From Chiloscyllium plagiosum (taxonomy: Eukaryota), in assembly GCF_004010195.1 (NCBI RefSeq), contig NC_057755.1, forward strand, positions 9,153,306-9,217,305: a stretch of 64,000 nucleotides of DNA, in the 5' to 3' direction. The notes under the pieces were generated by a model. That model saw nothing but the letters and a program-made list of their open reading frames with translations. It ran no database searches and was not told where the DNA came from. Position numbers and translations under genes: made by a program. This document shows, one piece after another, positions 48,491-61,800 of this stretch (position 1 is its first letter; each line of letters begins with the position of its first letter).

Positions 48491-48989
48491 TAGATATGCA
48501 GGAAGGAACATGAACATGTATTCAAACAAACAATTTAATTCATGTTGGGTTCAATGGATTTGTGAAATCGTTAATATATTAATGTTTATTTCAAATAAGA
48601 AGTGGAAGATCAATATTCCTCTTCGCCCAGAGATACCAAAAAAGTGTAATCTTGAAGAGAAGGTAACACTGTGAATCGATGACAGAAAATAAATTACGAA
48701 AACATTGACGTGATTGCCCAATGTTGATATTCGTTTGCCACATTGTTTAGGAACCCAATGATTTCAAGACTGCCCCAAGACCGAATAGAGACATTTGCTG
48801 CTCGGAACAACTTGCCCGTTTCAACACTGATGGAGGATATGAAGTTGTAATGTTTGCCTGTTGGCAGATATCTGCTTCATAATTACCTCTCAATTTATTT
48901 GGATTGGTAAATTCTGCCTGCGCAAATTTATAAGATGCTACCATGAATTCGTGCTTTTTAACCCGTCCCACATAAAGGTAATATCGGTC

Positions 48990-49520
48990 TGATCTCAAAA
49001 CCATGAAACGTAGGTCACACATTCAAGTCTTCTGCCGATGAAGAAGTTAACAAAAGAGGAGATGATGGCTACCAGTTCTGAGTGAAGTAATTGTGATGAT
49101 TTCTGATCGATGTGAACATAGTATGCATTCTACGGTATGTAGATAGCTCGAAAATGTCTCTCAATCCTTTCAATTTGTGATGGATTACAATTGAATAGTT
49201 TATGGGAAAGTCATCTACTCTTTCTATATGGGAGAGGCAATGTATCCATGGTTATTAATGAAGGAAACATAATCCCTGCATAATTTGATATAACCATTTT
49301 TCCGTCAATTCCGATTCTGTGTGTTTTAACCCAGTTGAACTGGTAACAAGTTGCACATTTTCCTCGCTGACAATGATTATTTTAAGGCAATCTGAATAAT
49401 TGTCAGAGACACTAAGCAAGTGAGAACACGCTTCTGTGCACTGCCTTTTGGGTTTCTCTGGTGTCATTTTCAAAAGGATGGAGAACTTGTTCAAATTTTC
49501 GCTCAGGTACGGTGTTGCAA
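48990..49520 (-). pseudogene. Possible highly decayed, intronless protein-kinase-like relic
   Basis: Kinase-like motifs in the expected order on minus: HLLSVSDNYSDCLKIIIVSE (IV-V), KWLYQIMQGLCFLH**PWIH (VIa-VIb), LKGLRDIFELS (VII?), LHSELV (VIII?), LECVTYV (IX?). Stops and frameshifts present. Confidence 0.3.
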
Positions 49521-50264
49521 AACAACACGTTACAAACAGAATTGTCATTGTAAAGACGAGTTTCATTTTCTTGGCAATCGTTGTGTTAAATCTTGTTCTT
49601 CGAATAGCTTCTTCATGAAGTTTCCGATCACAAATAAGCCTGTCCTTCTGTTCTGAACGTATCAATTGTTGCCTCTAGTTTAATTAGCCAATTGGACCTT
49701 TGCATTCAAATCGATAACTGAATGATAATTGTTGACCCATAAGTGTGCGGCTGAGAAAATTACTTCTTGGAGGCATGCAGGACAAATCAAAACTCCAAGA
49801 ATTTTTCACCTTCAGCGAAAAACACATACTGGCTTGAGCAAGTTTCTTCAGCAAGAATCAATTAGCAGAGATGTTAATCAATGAGATTGTAACAACGATC
49901 ATTGGGAGGGCACGTCGGCCTTTGTGTGACAGATACTACGTAAAATGTAAGGGAATTTGATTCATTACAATTACCATTTATCTTTAAATTCGTAAAATTG
50001 TTCGAAGTGAAATTATATGCTTGTTCTGACATAAATGTACTGCAAATCTTATACTGTAATGAGAAGCTAAAGCTTTGCCCATCAATAGTTTCTTCCATTG
50101 ACTTTCATGGCAGTTCATGTTCAATTCTCGAGGAAGTGCGAGATTCTAATGTTGAACAAAGCGACTTTTAGGTAAAATTCATTGACTGAAGTCAGGCAGC
50201 TGCTGGGAGTGATAGTTATCAATCACAGGAAGCATCTCAAATCAATAAAGAAGTGTGGATGATG

Positions 50265-50364
50265 GAGATCAGAAACTGTTGGAGAAATGAGGTAGGACTG
50301 TCCGCAGCTGTGGACAGAGAAAGGTCGAATTCATGTTTCCTGTCCGGTGACTCTTCATCAGAAC
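50265..50364 (-). mobile_element. Penelope pLTR fragment with hammerhead-like motif
   Basis: Minus strand CTGATGA-A-GAGTC-ACCG-GACAG-GAAA-CATG, followed by ctttctctgtccacag. Confidence 0.55.
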
Positions 50365-51412
50365 ATGAAGCCCCTTGCCTGGATTTGTGCTGGAATAGAT
50401 AAAGGGAATGTTGCCATCATTCTGCCACAAACTAGGGCTACTCTGTCATTCGGGAAAGAGAACTGGTGGTTTTTTAACCTGAGCGTCACGACACCACAAG
50501 TGAGGGAAGAGGTTGAGAACCCTAGTTTAAAGTGGTTGCCATAGGAACAAAGGTTAAACAGGTTAGGATTCGACTGAAGTTGAGAGAAATGAGATTTGAT
50601 CTCTTTGAAACATTTGGATTACTAAATGGCTTTTCAGAGTAAACGCTGAACGTAAAATTGCTGAATGATAATTGTTGACCAGAAATTCTAGGACCAGAGG
50701 GAATAGTGTCAGAATGAAAGGAGCAGAGGCAATTAAATAAATGGACCAGAGTGCATAGTGCCAGAATACGGGTACCAGAGACCACAGTCTCAGAATACAT
50801 GGGGATCAACTCAAGACTGAACTGAGGAGGAATTTCTTCTCTCAGCGGATTGAGAGTTTGGAACTCCTGGTCAGGGAGAGCTGTGGTGGCAGAGACCTTA
50901 TGCATATTTTAGACGGAGATACATTCTTGATCAGTAGGAGAATCGACAGTTAAGGAGGAAATGCAGGAACGTGGATGTGAAGAATGTGGCATCATCCATG
51001 ATCCCATTAAATTGCAGAGAAGGATTGAGAGGCGAGTGAAATTTCCCATTGCACTCTCACATGTTAATATGATAGAGTCCCTTTGACGCTCATTTCCTAT
51101 CGCTTTCAGATTAATGAGAATGACGGGGAGAAGGTTTAGTTTCATGAATTAAATGATAATCGTCAGCCAATGTTTGTTGCTGCCTGTCTAGCAGTCACAA
51201 TCAGCCTAAGATTTTAATCTCTCTTGGCATGTGCTGTTGACCAGGCCAGAACTCTTCAAAACAGATCAAGAAAGTAGCTCAGAGTAGAACTTTGTTAGTT
51301 AGACATAAATAAAAGCAGGTCCATGCTGTTCATCTCTCCAGCTCACTGAAAACTCTCCTGTAAGATCCTGATTTTGCCTTTCTTGTGAAGACGTGTTTAT
51401 GGGGATTGTCAC

Positions 51413-52692
51413 AAAGGACAAAAGGGTAACTAGGGATGGAATAGTGCCCCTCAAAGATAGCAAGCCGGCCTTTGTGTGAAGCAGCAGGAGATGGGGCAGA
51501 TGCTAAACTAGTATTTTGCATCAGTATTTACTGTGGAAAAGGTTATGAAAGATATAGAATGTAGGGAAATGGATTGTGACATCTTGAAAAATGTGCATAT
51601 TACAGAGGAGGAATTGCTGGATGTCTTAAAACGCAGGATAAATCCTCAGGACCCTTAAGGTATACCCTAAAACTCTGTGGGAAGGTAGAGAAGCTAGACG
51701 GGCCTATTGCTGAAATATTTGGTCCATCGATAGTCACAGGTGAGGTGCTGGAAGACTGGTGGTTCGCTAACATGGTGCCATTCTTTAAGAAGGGTGGTAA
51801 GGACAAGCCAGGGAACTGTGGACCAGTGAGCCTGACGTTAGTGGTGGGCAAGATGTTGGAGGGAATCCTGAGGGACAGGATATACATGTATTTTGAAAGG
51901 CAAGGACTAATTAAGGATCGTCAACATGGGTTTGTGTGTGGAAATCATGCATCACAAAATTGATTGAGTTATTTGAAGAAGTAACAAAGAGGATTCATGA
52001 GGGCAGAGCGGTAGATGTGATCTGTACGGACATCCATAAGGCGTTTGACACGGTTTCACATGGGAGACTGGTGAGCAAGTTTAGATCTCACGGAATATAG
52101 GAAGAATTAACCATTTGGATACAGAACTGGCTCAAAGATAGAAGACAGAGAGTGGTGTTGAAGGGGTGTTTATCAGACTGGAGGCCTGTGACAAGAGGAG
52201 TGCCGCAAGTATCGATGCTGGGTCCTCTGCCTTTCGACATTTATATAAATGATTTAGATGTGAGCATAAGAGGAAGTTTGCATATGACACCAAAATTGAG
52301 GTGTAGTGGACAGCGAAGACGGTTACCTCAGATTACAACAGGATCTTGGTCAGATGGGCCAAAGGGCTGAGAAGTGGCAGATGGAGTTTAATTTAGATAA
52401 ATGTGAGGTGCTGCATTTTGGGAAAGTAAAGTTTCCCAGTACTTATACACTTAAAGGTAAGTTGCTGGGGGGTTTTGCTGAAAAAGGAGACCTTGGAGTG
52501 CAGGTTCATAGCTCCTTGAAAGTGGAGTCACAGATAGATAGGATAGTGAAGAAAGCGTTTGGAACGCTTTCCTTTATCGGTCAGAGTATTGAGTACAGGT
52601 CTTGGGACGTCATGTTGCGCCTGTAGAGGACATTGGTTAGCTCACTGTTGGAATATTGTGTGCAGTTCCGGTCTCCTTCGTATCGGAAAGGG
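51413..52692 (+). mobile_element. CR1 ORF2 RT fragment
   Basis: [50 protein letters not shown]. Confidence 0.93.
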
Positions 52693-52699
52693 TTCTTAA

Positions 52700-53370
52700 A
52701 AAAAGAACGGTGTGTGGGCAGTTCATTCAGCTCAGGTTTCCTCTAGTTTTTTTTTTCTCTTTCCGCAGGTATGTGTGGAAAGGCTGCAGGACCCAAAGAA
52801 ACCAATCGAGGCTGTCTGATTTTATTCCTGTAAGAACCTATGTTTGATTTTAGCTCTTGTACCAAGGGGTGTTTAAGGGGATTGTTGCAAATATTTCGAA
52901 CAGCATCATTAAGATGGGATTATCCGTTGAGTTTTTGGATCGATTAAGTTATTCAGTATTCTGTTTCTTGTTTCAGTAAAATTGGCAATGAGTTCTGTTT
53001 TGGTTTAAAACGAAATGGTTTGACCAGCTGATTCTCACCTGAATATCTACTTTGCACACGCATAAACAAGCCACAAAGTTTTATTGTTGGCTATCTTCTC
53101 GAAATGTATTGAGGGGCCTGGTCTGGTGCATAACAAACACTGTCCATCAAAGGTACCTTTTCATATGAAACAGATTCAGCTTAAAGATCCGAACAGTTGC
53201 TGTTTCATGCTCACTTTTAGAATTAAAGAATGAATTGACATTATTTTCTTTAGATAGTGGAATATGGGGAGATATCAGTCACTCATATTTTCACATATAA
53301 CGAGGTGAGATTAGCTTTCCTGTCTGTTTGGTTTAATTAACAGAAGAGTTCACCATCGTGTCGTAACAAT
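52700..53370. mobile_element. LTR-like segment(s)
   Basis: The reverse complement of 53080-53135 (tgttatgcaccagaccaggcccctcaatacatttcgagaag) matches the LTR start at 61614. A second ...gtcgtaaca end lies at ~53368. Confidence 0.5.
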
Positions 53371-53436
53371 TGTATAACATTTGTGCATGAAATAAGCACT
53401 CTTGCTTTTTATGGTAACTTGGGAGCCGAAGCAATT

Positions 53437-53960
53437 TAGAACATAGAACATACATATTGACCCTCGATATTGCGCCGACTTGTGAACTATTCTCATCTCG
53501 TCCCCCTACACTATCCCAACATCGTCCATGTGCTTATCCAAGGATTGTTTAAATCTCCCGAATGTAGCTGAGTTGACGACATTGACAGGTAAGGCATTTC
53601 ACGCCCTTACCACTCCCTGCGTAAAGAACCTGCCTCTGACATCTGTCTTAAATCTATCGCCCCTCAATTTGTAGTTATGCCCCCTCGTATAAGCTGACGT
53701 CATAATCATAGGAAAATAGTCTTTCACAGTCTACCCTATCTAATCCTCTGATCATCTTGTGTGTCTCTATAAAATCCCCTCTTCGTCCTCTTCTTTCCAA
53801 TGATAACAGACCCAAGTCTCTCAGTCTATCCTCATAAGATGTTCCCTCCAAACCAGGCAATATCCGGGTAAATCTCCTCTGCACCTTTTCCAATGCTTCC
53901 ACATCATTCCCGAAATATGGCGACCAGAACTGTATACAAGATTCCAAGTGTGGCCACACT
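53437..53960 (-). mobile_element. CR1 3' fragment
   Basis: Minus ORF 53675-53959 WPHLESCIQFWSPYFGNDVEALEKVQRRFTR. tagaacatagaaca tail. Confidence 0.92.
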
Positions 53961-54424
53961 AGGCAATTTGATACTATTTCGAATTCTGCAATTAAATTTC
54001 AGGGAAATGTCTGAAGCAATATGGTCTTAAGCCACGAGACTGCAGACCATTTTGAACTTGACACAGAGCACTCAACTTGACTTACTTCAAAATTAAATAG
54101 CAAGGAGGCTTCATTCTGCCAGAGAGCAAAGCAATAGTAGACTAAATTATTGCATTGCGAAGAAGAAACAGTATACTGTTTTATATTTTGGTAAAGCAGA
54201 CTGTAATGAGAAGATAATTTTCCATTCCCAGCAGTGTGAACTCTGTACAAGATTCAAATGCAGAAATTCACCAAGTTTTTTAAAATAAAATCTTACAAAC
54301 CTACAAGAACTTTCAGATGGAAGGACAAGGGCAGCAGATAAATGGAACACTACTTCCTGCGAATTACTCTGAAGTCCCTCACCATCTTGACTTGGAAATG
54401 TGTTACTGTTCATTCGGTGTCACT

Positions 54425-54797
54425 GGAAAGGATTATAATAGTGAGAATTTATAATGATCTGGAAAAGAATAATTTGATTAGGAATAGTCATCGCGGTTTT
54501 ATGAAGCTTAGGTCGTACCTCACAAACCATACTGAGTCCTTTAACAAGCTATCTAAACAGGTGGATAAAGGTAACGCGGTTGACGTGGCATATATTGGTT
54601 TCAGTAAAGGGATTGATAAGGTTTCCCATGGTATACTATTGCAGAACATATGGAGGCATCGGTTTCAGGGTGATTTAACGGTTTGGATCAAAAATTGACT
54701 AGCTGGAAGAAGACAGAGTGTGGTGGTTGATGATAAATTTGCATCTTGGAGTTCAGTTACTTGTGGTGTGCTGCAATGATCTGTTTTGGGGCCACTG
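54425..54797 (+). mobile_element. CR1 RT fragment
   Basis: NLIRNSHRGFMKLRSYLTNH...AVDVAYIGFSKGIDKVSHG. Confidence 0.85.
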
Positions 54798-54814
54798 CGT
54801 TACAAAGAGTGAGT

Positions 54815-55255
54815 TTAGTAGTGTTTATCTGCGTGTGTTTCTGTGTGTGGGAGACTATGTGTGCATGCAAGTGTATCTGTGTGTGTGAGAAAGACTGTGT
54901 GTATGTGAAATTTTGTGTGTTATACGTTTGTGTGTTTGCTTTCTTTCAGTTTAATCCACTATCATACACTGTCTCCCTCACACACTTATATGAACACATA
55001 CACAGTCTCACACGCAGAGACGTTCACATGCAGACACTCAAGCAAAAATGCAGACACATACGCACACATTCTCACACATCACAGAAACAACACAAACAGT
55101 CTCGTACAAAGTCTCTCTCTCTCTCTCTCACGCACATACACACGCACAAACAAAAACAAACACAGTCTCATAGAAAGTCTCACCCACACACAAAATCTCA
55201 CATACGCGCAATCTTTCTCTCACACACAGTTACATGTACATGAACGCACGCATTC
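54815..55255. repeat. TG-rich then CA-rich low-complexity tract
   Basis: Visible directly. Source of the spurious H/T-rich ORFs. Confidence 0.85.
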
Positions 55256-55269
55256 TTTACATCTGACAT

Positions 55270-57990
55270 CGGAGAGCAGATGTTTCTGAGACAGGAGGGA
55301 CTTTTTGTTTCCTCCAGCTATATAAGTGAGTGTTTTCGAAACCCGAGACCAGACGTTTGCATGACCTCCCACCAAAACACCTCTTTTAACCTTAAACACC
55401 AGGGATACACCAGGTAAGCCTTTCTTTTTTTTAAGTTTTAACAAGGGCCCTAGTGGGAATGGCAGTGCAGGGATTGAAATCTTCCTCCTGCATGATGTTT
55501 GAGTTGAGAGACGCCATTAGTGTCCCATATCTGCAAAAAGTGTACCCAACTCTTGCTCCTCCAAGATCGTGTTAGGGAACTGGAGCTGGAGCTGGATGAA
55601 CTTCGGATCATTCGGGAGGAAGAGGCTGTGCTAGATAAGACTTACACGGAAGTAGTTACTCCGAGGCATAAAGAAATATGGGTAACTGTTTGGAGGTTAA
55701 AAAAAAAAATCAGTACAGGGATCCCCTGTGATCGTTCCCTTGAAAAATTGTATACGAGTTTGGATACTTTGGGGAGGACGAATTACGAGGGGCATACAGT
55801 GGGGTGCAGGTCTCTGGCACAGAGTCTATCTCTGTTGCACAGAAGGGAAAGGGGGATGAGAGGAGAGAGTTAGTCATTGGGACTGAATAGTTAGAGGGTC
55901 AGACAGAAGGCTTATGGGGAACGAGCGAGTATCTTGGTTAGTGTGTTGCCTCCCAGGTGCCAGGGTCTGTGATGTCTAGGATTGTGTCTTTGGGGTCCAG
56001 TAAGGAGAGGATGACAGCCCCAATTCGTGGTCCACGTCATGGAATGCGGGATGGGGATGTAAGGCAGAATTTCAGGAAGCTACAGTGGAAGCAGAGAGCT
56101 AGTAAAACAGAATTGTTATCTCTGGTGTGTTCCCTGTGGCACGTGATAGCGGGAGAGATATCAGCTGAACACATGGCTGCAAGGATGAATGCAGGAGGAA
56201 GGGTTTCAGGTACATGGATAATTGGGGCTAATTCTGAGGAAGGTGAGACCTCTATAAACAGGATGGCCTTCAGTCGAATCAGAGGAATACTAGTATCCTG
56301 CATGGTAAATTTGCTGGTAATATTAGGGTGTTTTAAATTAGCTAAGGAAGGGGATGGGAACTTGATGTGTCGTTCCAGTGCACAGGAGGATGATAATAGG
56401 GTCACAGGAATGGCAGTAAGGAAGCTGGTTTGAAGTGTGTCTACTTCAACGCCAGAAGTATCCGAAATGAGCTTGGGCCGGACGGGAATTATCCAAGAAT
56501 TCTCTGTCAAGCTCGTGAGGAAATATTGCCTTGACCTTTTTTCGTCATTTTCTCCAGGTTTAGTACCAGAGGACAGAAAGATTGCAAAAATTGTGCTTTG
56601 TTCAAGGAGCGCAGCCGAGATAACCCGGGTAACTATAGACCTATGACCATTACGTCAGTTGGAGAAGACATTTTAGAAAGGAGTATACGAGATAGGATTT
56701 ATAATCATCTAGCAAGAAACAATTTGATTGCAGGTAGTCAACACGGTTTCCTGAAGGGCCGGTCATATCTCACAAACCACATTGAGATTTTTGAGAAGTT
56801 GACCAAACACGTGGTGAGGGTAGGGCAATTGATGTGGTGTACATGGACTTCAGCAAAGCCTTGATAATATTCCATAGGGTAGACTGTTGGAGAAAATGCA
56901 GAGAAATGGGATTGAATATGATTTAGTAGTTTAGATTAGAAACTGGATTTCTGTAAGAAGGCAGCGAGTGTTGGTTAAAGGAAAATTTTCAGCCTGAATT
57001 TCGGTGACTAGTGGTGCCTGACAAGTATTATGTTTTGTGACCATTGCTGTTTGTCATTTTTATAAATGATTTGGACGTAGGCACAGGTGCATATGTTAGT
57101 AGGTTTGCAGATGACGCTGATGTCGGTGGAGTGGCAGACAGTGTGGAAGACGTTTGCAGGTCGCAGGGGGACTTGTATAAACTGCAATATTAGGCTGAGA
57201 GATGGCAAATAGAGTTCAATGCAGAGAAATATGATGTGATTCACTTTGAGAAGATAAACTGGAAGACAGCATATGTGGTCAGTGGAAAGAATTTTGGTAG
57301 TGCTGATGCGCAGAGGGTTACTAGAGTCCATTTACATAGATCCCTGAAAGTTGCCACTCAGTTTGATAGTGCTGTTAAGAATGCAAACAGTGTTTTAAGT
57401 TTTATTGGTTGAGGGATTGAGTTCCATCGTCATAATGTCATGTTACAACAATACAAAATGTTGGAATATTTTGTACAGTTTTGGTCGCCCCATTAAAGGA
57501 AGGATGTTGAAGTATTCTAAAAAGGCGTAGAGGAGATTTACCAGAATGTTGTCTAGTCTGGAGGGAAAATATTATGAGCAAAGGCTGAGAGACTTGGATC
57601 TGTTCTCATTGGAGAGAAGAAGGTTAAGAGGGAATTTGATGGAGACATACAAGATGATCAGAGAATTAGAAAGTGCAGACAGTCAAAGTCGTTTTCCTAG
57701 GATGCTGACGTCAGTTGTACGGGGGCATTGCTACAAATTGAGGCGTGAGAATTTTAAATCAGGTGCCAGTAGCAGGTTCTTTACTTCGAGAGTGGTAAGG
57801 GAGTGGAATGCCCTGCCTGCCAATGAAATTAACTCAGCCACATTAGGGGCATTTAAACAATCCTTGCAGAAGCACATGGATGATGATTGGATAGTGTCCG
57901 GGGGTGGGCTTAGATTAGTTCACAGGTTGGAGCAACATTGAGGACCGAAGGGTTTGTTCTGATCTGTATTGCCTATGTTCAATGTTATGT
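55270..57990 (+). mobile_element. Near-full-length CR1 with 5' UTR, ORF1 (CxxC/coiled-coil + SGNH esterase) and ORF2 missing most of the endonuclease
   Basis: ORF1 CKKCTQLLLLQDRVRELELELDELRII and decayed LVIG..VRG / VCCLPGARV. ORF2 start LKCVYFNARSIRNE at ~56430 jumps straight to the pre-RT GPDGNYPRIL region. FADD at ~57105. 3' tail at ~57990. Confidence 0.9.
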
Positions 57991-57994
57991 GTAT

Positions 57995-58340
57995 CCCCCA
58001 CATACAGATGCACATACACAGTCTCAAAAACACACACACACAATCACACTCTCTCACATACATACACACACACACGGATGGTCTCACACAGAAACAGAAA
58101 CAGACTATCTCCCACAAACAGAAATACTCAAGTGCAGACATATAGTCTCCCTCATTCACACAGAGATGCATGCACACCGACACACACACGCACAATTTCT
58201 CACACACAGTCTCTCTCTCACACACAGTGTTGCACACACACAATCATGTCCACAATCTCTCTCACACAGTCTCGCGCACACACGATCAATGGCATGCACA
58301 CACCCAGTCACATGCACAGAGACACATTTTGACACATGCA
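57995..58340. repeat. CA-rich low-complexity tract
   Basis: Visible directly in the sequence. Confidence 0.9.
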
Positions 58341-58849
58341 CTTTTCAAAAAGATAAAAAGAATAAAATAATTGTATCAGTCTCGGAACTTTTCATGAAGA
58401 ATGGAGTGGAAGTTGAAATAAATGTCACTGGTAATGTTGCGACTTGTCATTGAACTGTTGAACTCTTTTAAATTCTTAGTTTTGCTGGATTTTCTACTTC
58501 TCTTTTGTAAGTTGTTTAGCAGCCGTCAGACTGAGGGAGAGTTTTCATCTTATCTGTATGCTGTGTAGCTGACATCCAGCGGAGTGAAAGAGGACGTGGG
58601 TGCGTGGCGGAAAGTTTGTATACTGTGACCATCATAGTATTTGAACACAACTCTGTCCTCAAGATTGGCTGTCCTTCACAGACCAGGAAGATACTCTTCC
58701 ACACTCTGTAAGTGACTGTCCAGTCAGATGTGCCTTCTACAGGCTGTTATATTTGAAGCAGTGGAAATGGTCATGAGATGGGTGTGAGGGTGGATCGTTG
58801 TGGTGACAGCGCACTCCTTTTCCTGTTTTCACTGACTTCCAATTTTTCC

Positions 58850-58975
58850 AGAGTGAGATTGAGGAAGCAGAGTGTAGGTGGGTGCAGGAACATAGTAAGA
58901 GTGAAAGTGTGAGTGAGGAAACAGAGATAAAGTGGGTGCGGGAATAGAGTGAAAGTGTGAATGAGGAAGAAGAGG
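58850..58975. repeat. Imperfect purine-rich minisatellite (~45-50 bp unit, ~2.5 copies)
   Basis: Recurring agagtgaaagtgtga.tgaggaa and gtgggtgc.ggaa.a. Confidence 0.6.
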
Positions 58976-60149
58976 GAATGCATTGGGAAATTGTAGAGTG
59001 CAGAAGTTCCCTGTTCTTCTTCCTGTTTCTGGGGTCTATAGAAACCAGGCTGCCCAAGTGTGCCAACTTGTGGTCAGACTGGCAGTGTCTGGCATAATGG
59101 TCTCTTGTGTTGGGCCTGAGGAAAGAGGACTGCGCTCCTCCTTAAACACTCCATTCTTAAAATATAACAGCATTTTCGCCAGTGAAACAATTTTTCATGG
59201 GGGAGAAAAATGACTGCATTTAACAAAACTCACTGAGAAACATGCGAATATTTCGATCAAGATTTAAACCATTATATAGTTTAAAACGTCTGCGATGTGT
59301 GAAAAACATAAATCTCCTTTTGAAACTGTTCTTCAATCAGTCCCAGGACAGTTACAGGATGGGAGTAGACACAGAGTAAAGCTCCATCTACTCTTTTAGA
59401 CAAGAATAAAGCACCGTCTCCAATGTGCCCCATCAAGCTGTCCAAGGACAGATACAGCATGGGATTAGATACAGGGGGATAGTGATAACAACGAGGAGAA
59501 ATTGGAGCAGCATTACCCCACAATCCTATTCCACGATTCAGTAGGATCTTGGCTGATCTGACGTTCCACACACCCACTTTCTTGCTTTTCCCCATAACCC
59601 TCGATTCCCCGACTGATCAAGAATCTCTCTCAGCCTTAAATATACGCAGTGACACTGCGCTGAAACCTGTCTGTGTGTAGCAAGAAGTTTGAAGGACTCA
59701 CAACTCTATGAGAGTAGAAATTTCTCCACGTGTCAGTCTTGTATCAACGGCCCTTTCTTCTGAGACTATGCCTTGTGATCCTATACTTTCCCACAAGAGG
59801 AATAACCTTGTCAACTTTTTCAATGTCAAGCCCATTCAGGAGCCAAAATTTTGCAATGAGATTACTTCCAATTCTTCTAAACCCCTGTGAGTAGTTTATT
59901 CCTGTTTAGATGTTGACAGAATTTCTCACACCTAAATGCCGGCCCCCACCCAACAACCCCCCCCCCCCTTCGTGGTAGCTCTTGTGCCACTCGCATTAGC
60001 TCATTTCTGTAGCCCACTCTGTCCATTAATCATCTGCCTGAATATATATTGTTCTCCTTTCCCTCATTAAGACATCATTTTTTTTAATATAGTCGCATTG
60101 GAGTTTGTTTTGGGCGTATGCCTTCTGATGCAATTGCTTTTGATATTAA

Positions 60150-61610
60150 TCTTTCTGCTCTAACTCAACTAAGTTATCTGAACCAAAGAGCATTATATCA
60201 TCTATCTGCTCCTGGCTTCTGTCAGCCATCTGATCAAACAGGGCCAATCTAAATCCAACTCAACTTTCTTACCTCTAGTGTTTGATTGCTCCTATTTCAA
60301 CTGGTGAATTGGTGGACTCATTAACACACGGTCAGAAAAAAACCCAGGATATGTCCTGTAATAGTTTTCACAAGCTATTTAACGACAGCAGGCAGCATTC
60401 ATACCTGTGAACCCCCATTGTATACCATTAGCAACGTCAAATTATATTCCTGGAGCTGAGAATTTGCCAAGTTCACCTACCATGACTTGTCCACTCTTCA
60501 CTGGATGGTCTAACCTCTCTTTACATTGGTTAACGCTCCTTGTCTCAACGTGAATTCCTGTTACTAGTATCATTTCTGGCAATAGACATTCAGAGGTAAA
60601 TATCTCCTCAATCTTTCAACATCACGAATTGTGCGGATACTGTATCTCTTCATATTGTAACTTCTTTACTTGCTGCTCCTCATCCTTGTAAGTAAGCTTT
60701 ACCGTCACAGCTATATGGTTTAAGAATATTTGGTACTTCCCTCTTAACCAACTTCCGAGCAGTTTGCACATTCTGTTGCAGTTATCAACCCTCCACTGTG
60801 CTTATCCTGGCATATCCTTTTCTATTCCTATATCTGCCTTCTCAATAATTTTCCTCACCCAAACAAAATTCCAATTTCATGTGGCCTACTTTGTTGCAAA
60901 GAAAACAACGGAGCTTTTAAACTTCTCTTTCCCCTTCAAGGGTTTCTTTGTTATCATATTGTCAGATTTCCTTATTATCTACACTGACACCTACCTTTCC
61001 CTTTCCACGTGGGGATTTCCCATTTTTCCAATTGCTGTACCCCATGGATTAAAATTGATTTTGAAAGCCATACTTTGTATTTTGGAACACCTTATAATCA
61101 TCAATCATTTCAGAAGCTAATCTTGTCGTTTCAATACTCTGCTCTTCCACAAAAGTTCTCAGTACTTCGGAAAGAGCAATTTTGAACTCCTGTCTAAGTG
61201 CCAATTTCTGTAGTTCAAAATCTCTTTCTTTTTTCTCTTTCATCTGCTTTTAATCATTATTTCAAGGGTTTCATGAAGGTTCTGATGGCGGTTCCTACAA
61301 ATTCAAATGCTGAGCCACTGCTGGAATCATCGCTCGTTTCCTCACGCAAGGAGGCAGCTCCAACTCCAGATTTTCTGTTCAATTCAGCAGCTTGGCCTTA
61401 ATGAAATTTTGCAAATCCCCTCCCCACCCCCCCAGGTCACTTCTTCCATCCCCAGAAAATCCTGGTGACTGAAAGAGCGATTGTGATCCCAAGCTGTTTA
61501 AATCAACCGAATTCACCAAAAGCCATTAACAATTACCACTCACGGCATTCGAGTGTAACAATTCTGATCCCAATTTGGAACGAGAGAACAATTCCCACAA
61601 AGAGTCCCCA
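60150..61610 (-). mobile_element. Gypsy internal region: degenerate PBS, gag and aspartic protease relic
   Basis: Minus ORF KKERDFELQKLAL...FVEEQSIETTRLASEMIDDY is gag-like. KEVTI*RDTVSAQF (~60630-60670) is a decayed DTG protease motif. TGGGGACTC directly after the LTR end resembles a tRNA-Pro PBS. Confidence 0.75.
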
Positions 61611-61613
61611 GTC

Positions 61614-61800
61614 TGTTATGGACCAGGCCAGACTCCCACAATTCATTTCAAGAAAGGAGCCCTGACCTTACCTTTGTTCGTTATTTTAAGCTTGTGTCGC
61701 ATGGATATTCCAGGAGAGATTGTCAAAACACTTAGATTCAAACAACACATAATTTTGTTCTGATTCAGCAGAATCAGAAAACAGCAGAAATAAATCACTT
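61614..61800 (-). mobile_element. 5' LTR (partial) of the Gypsy element
   Basis: TGTTATG at 61614 is the ...CATAACA LTR end on minus, next to the PBS-like sequence. Related LTR starts at ~51236 and ~53135. Confidence 0.6.

Noticed and set aside
54746..58453. His/Thr- and Cys/Val-rich ORFs (also 36547-37090)
   Set aside because: Translations of CA/TG low-complexity tracts.
58440..59160. Protein-like text on minus (EDRVVFKYYDGHSIQTFRH)
   Set aside because: Interrupted by stops, no recognisable family, and no convincing splice pair. A BLASTX search would be needed.
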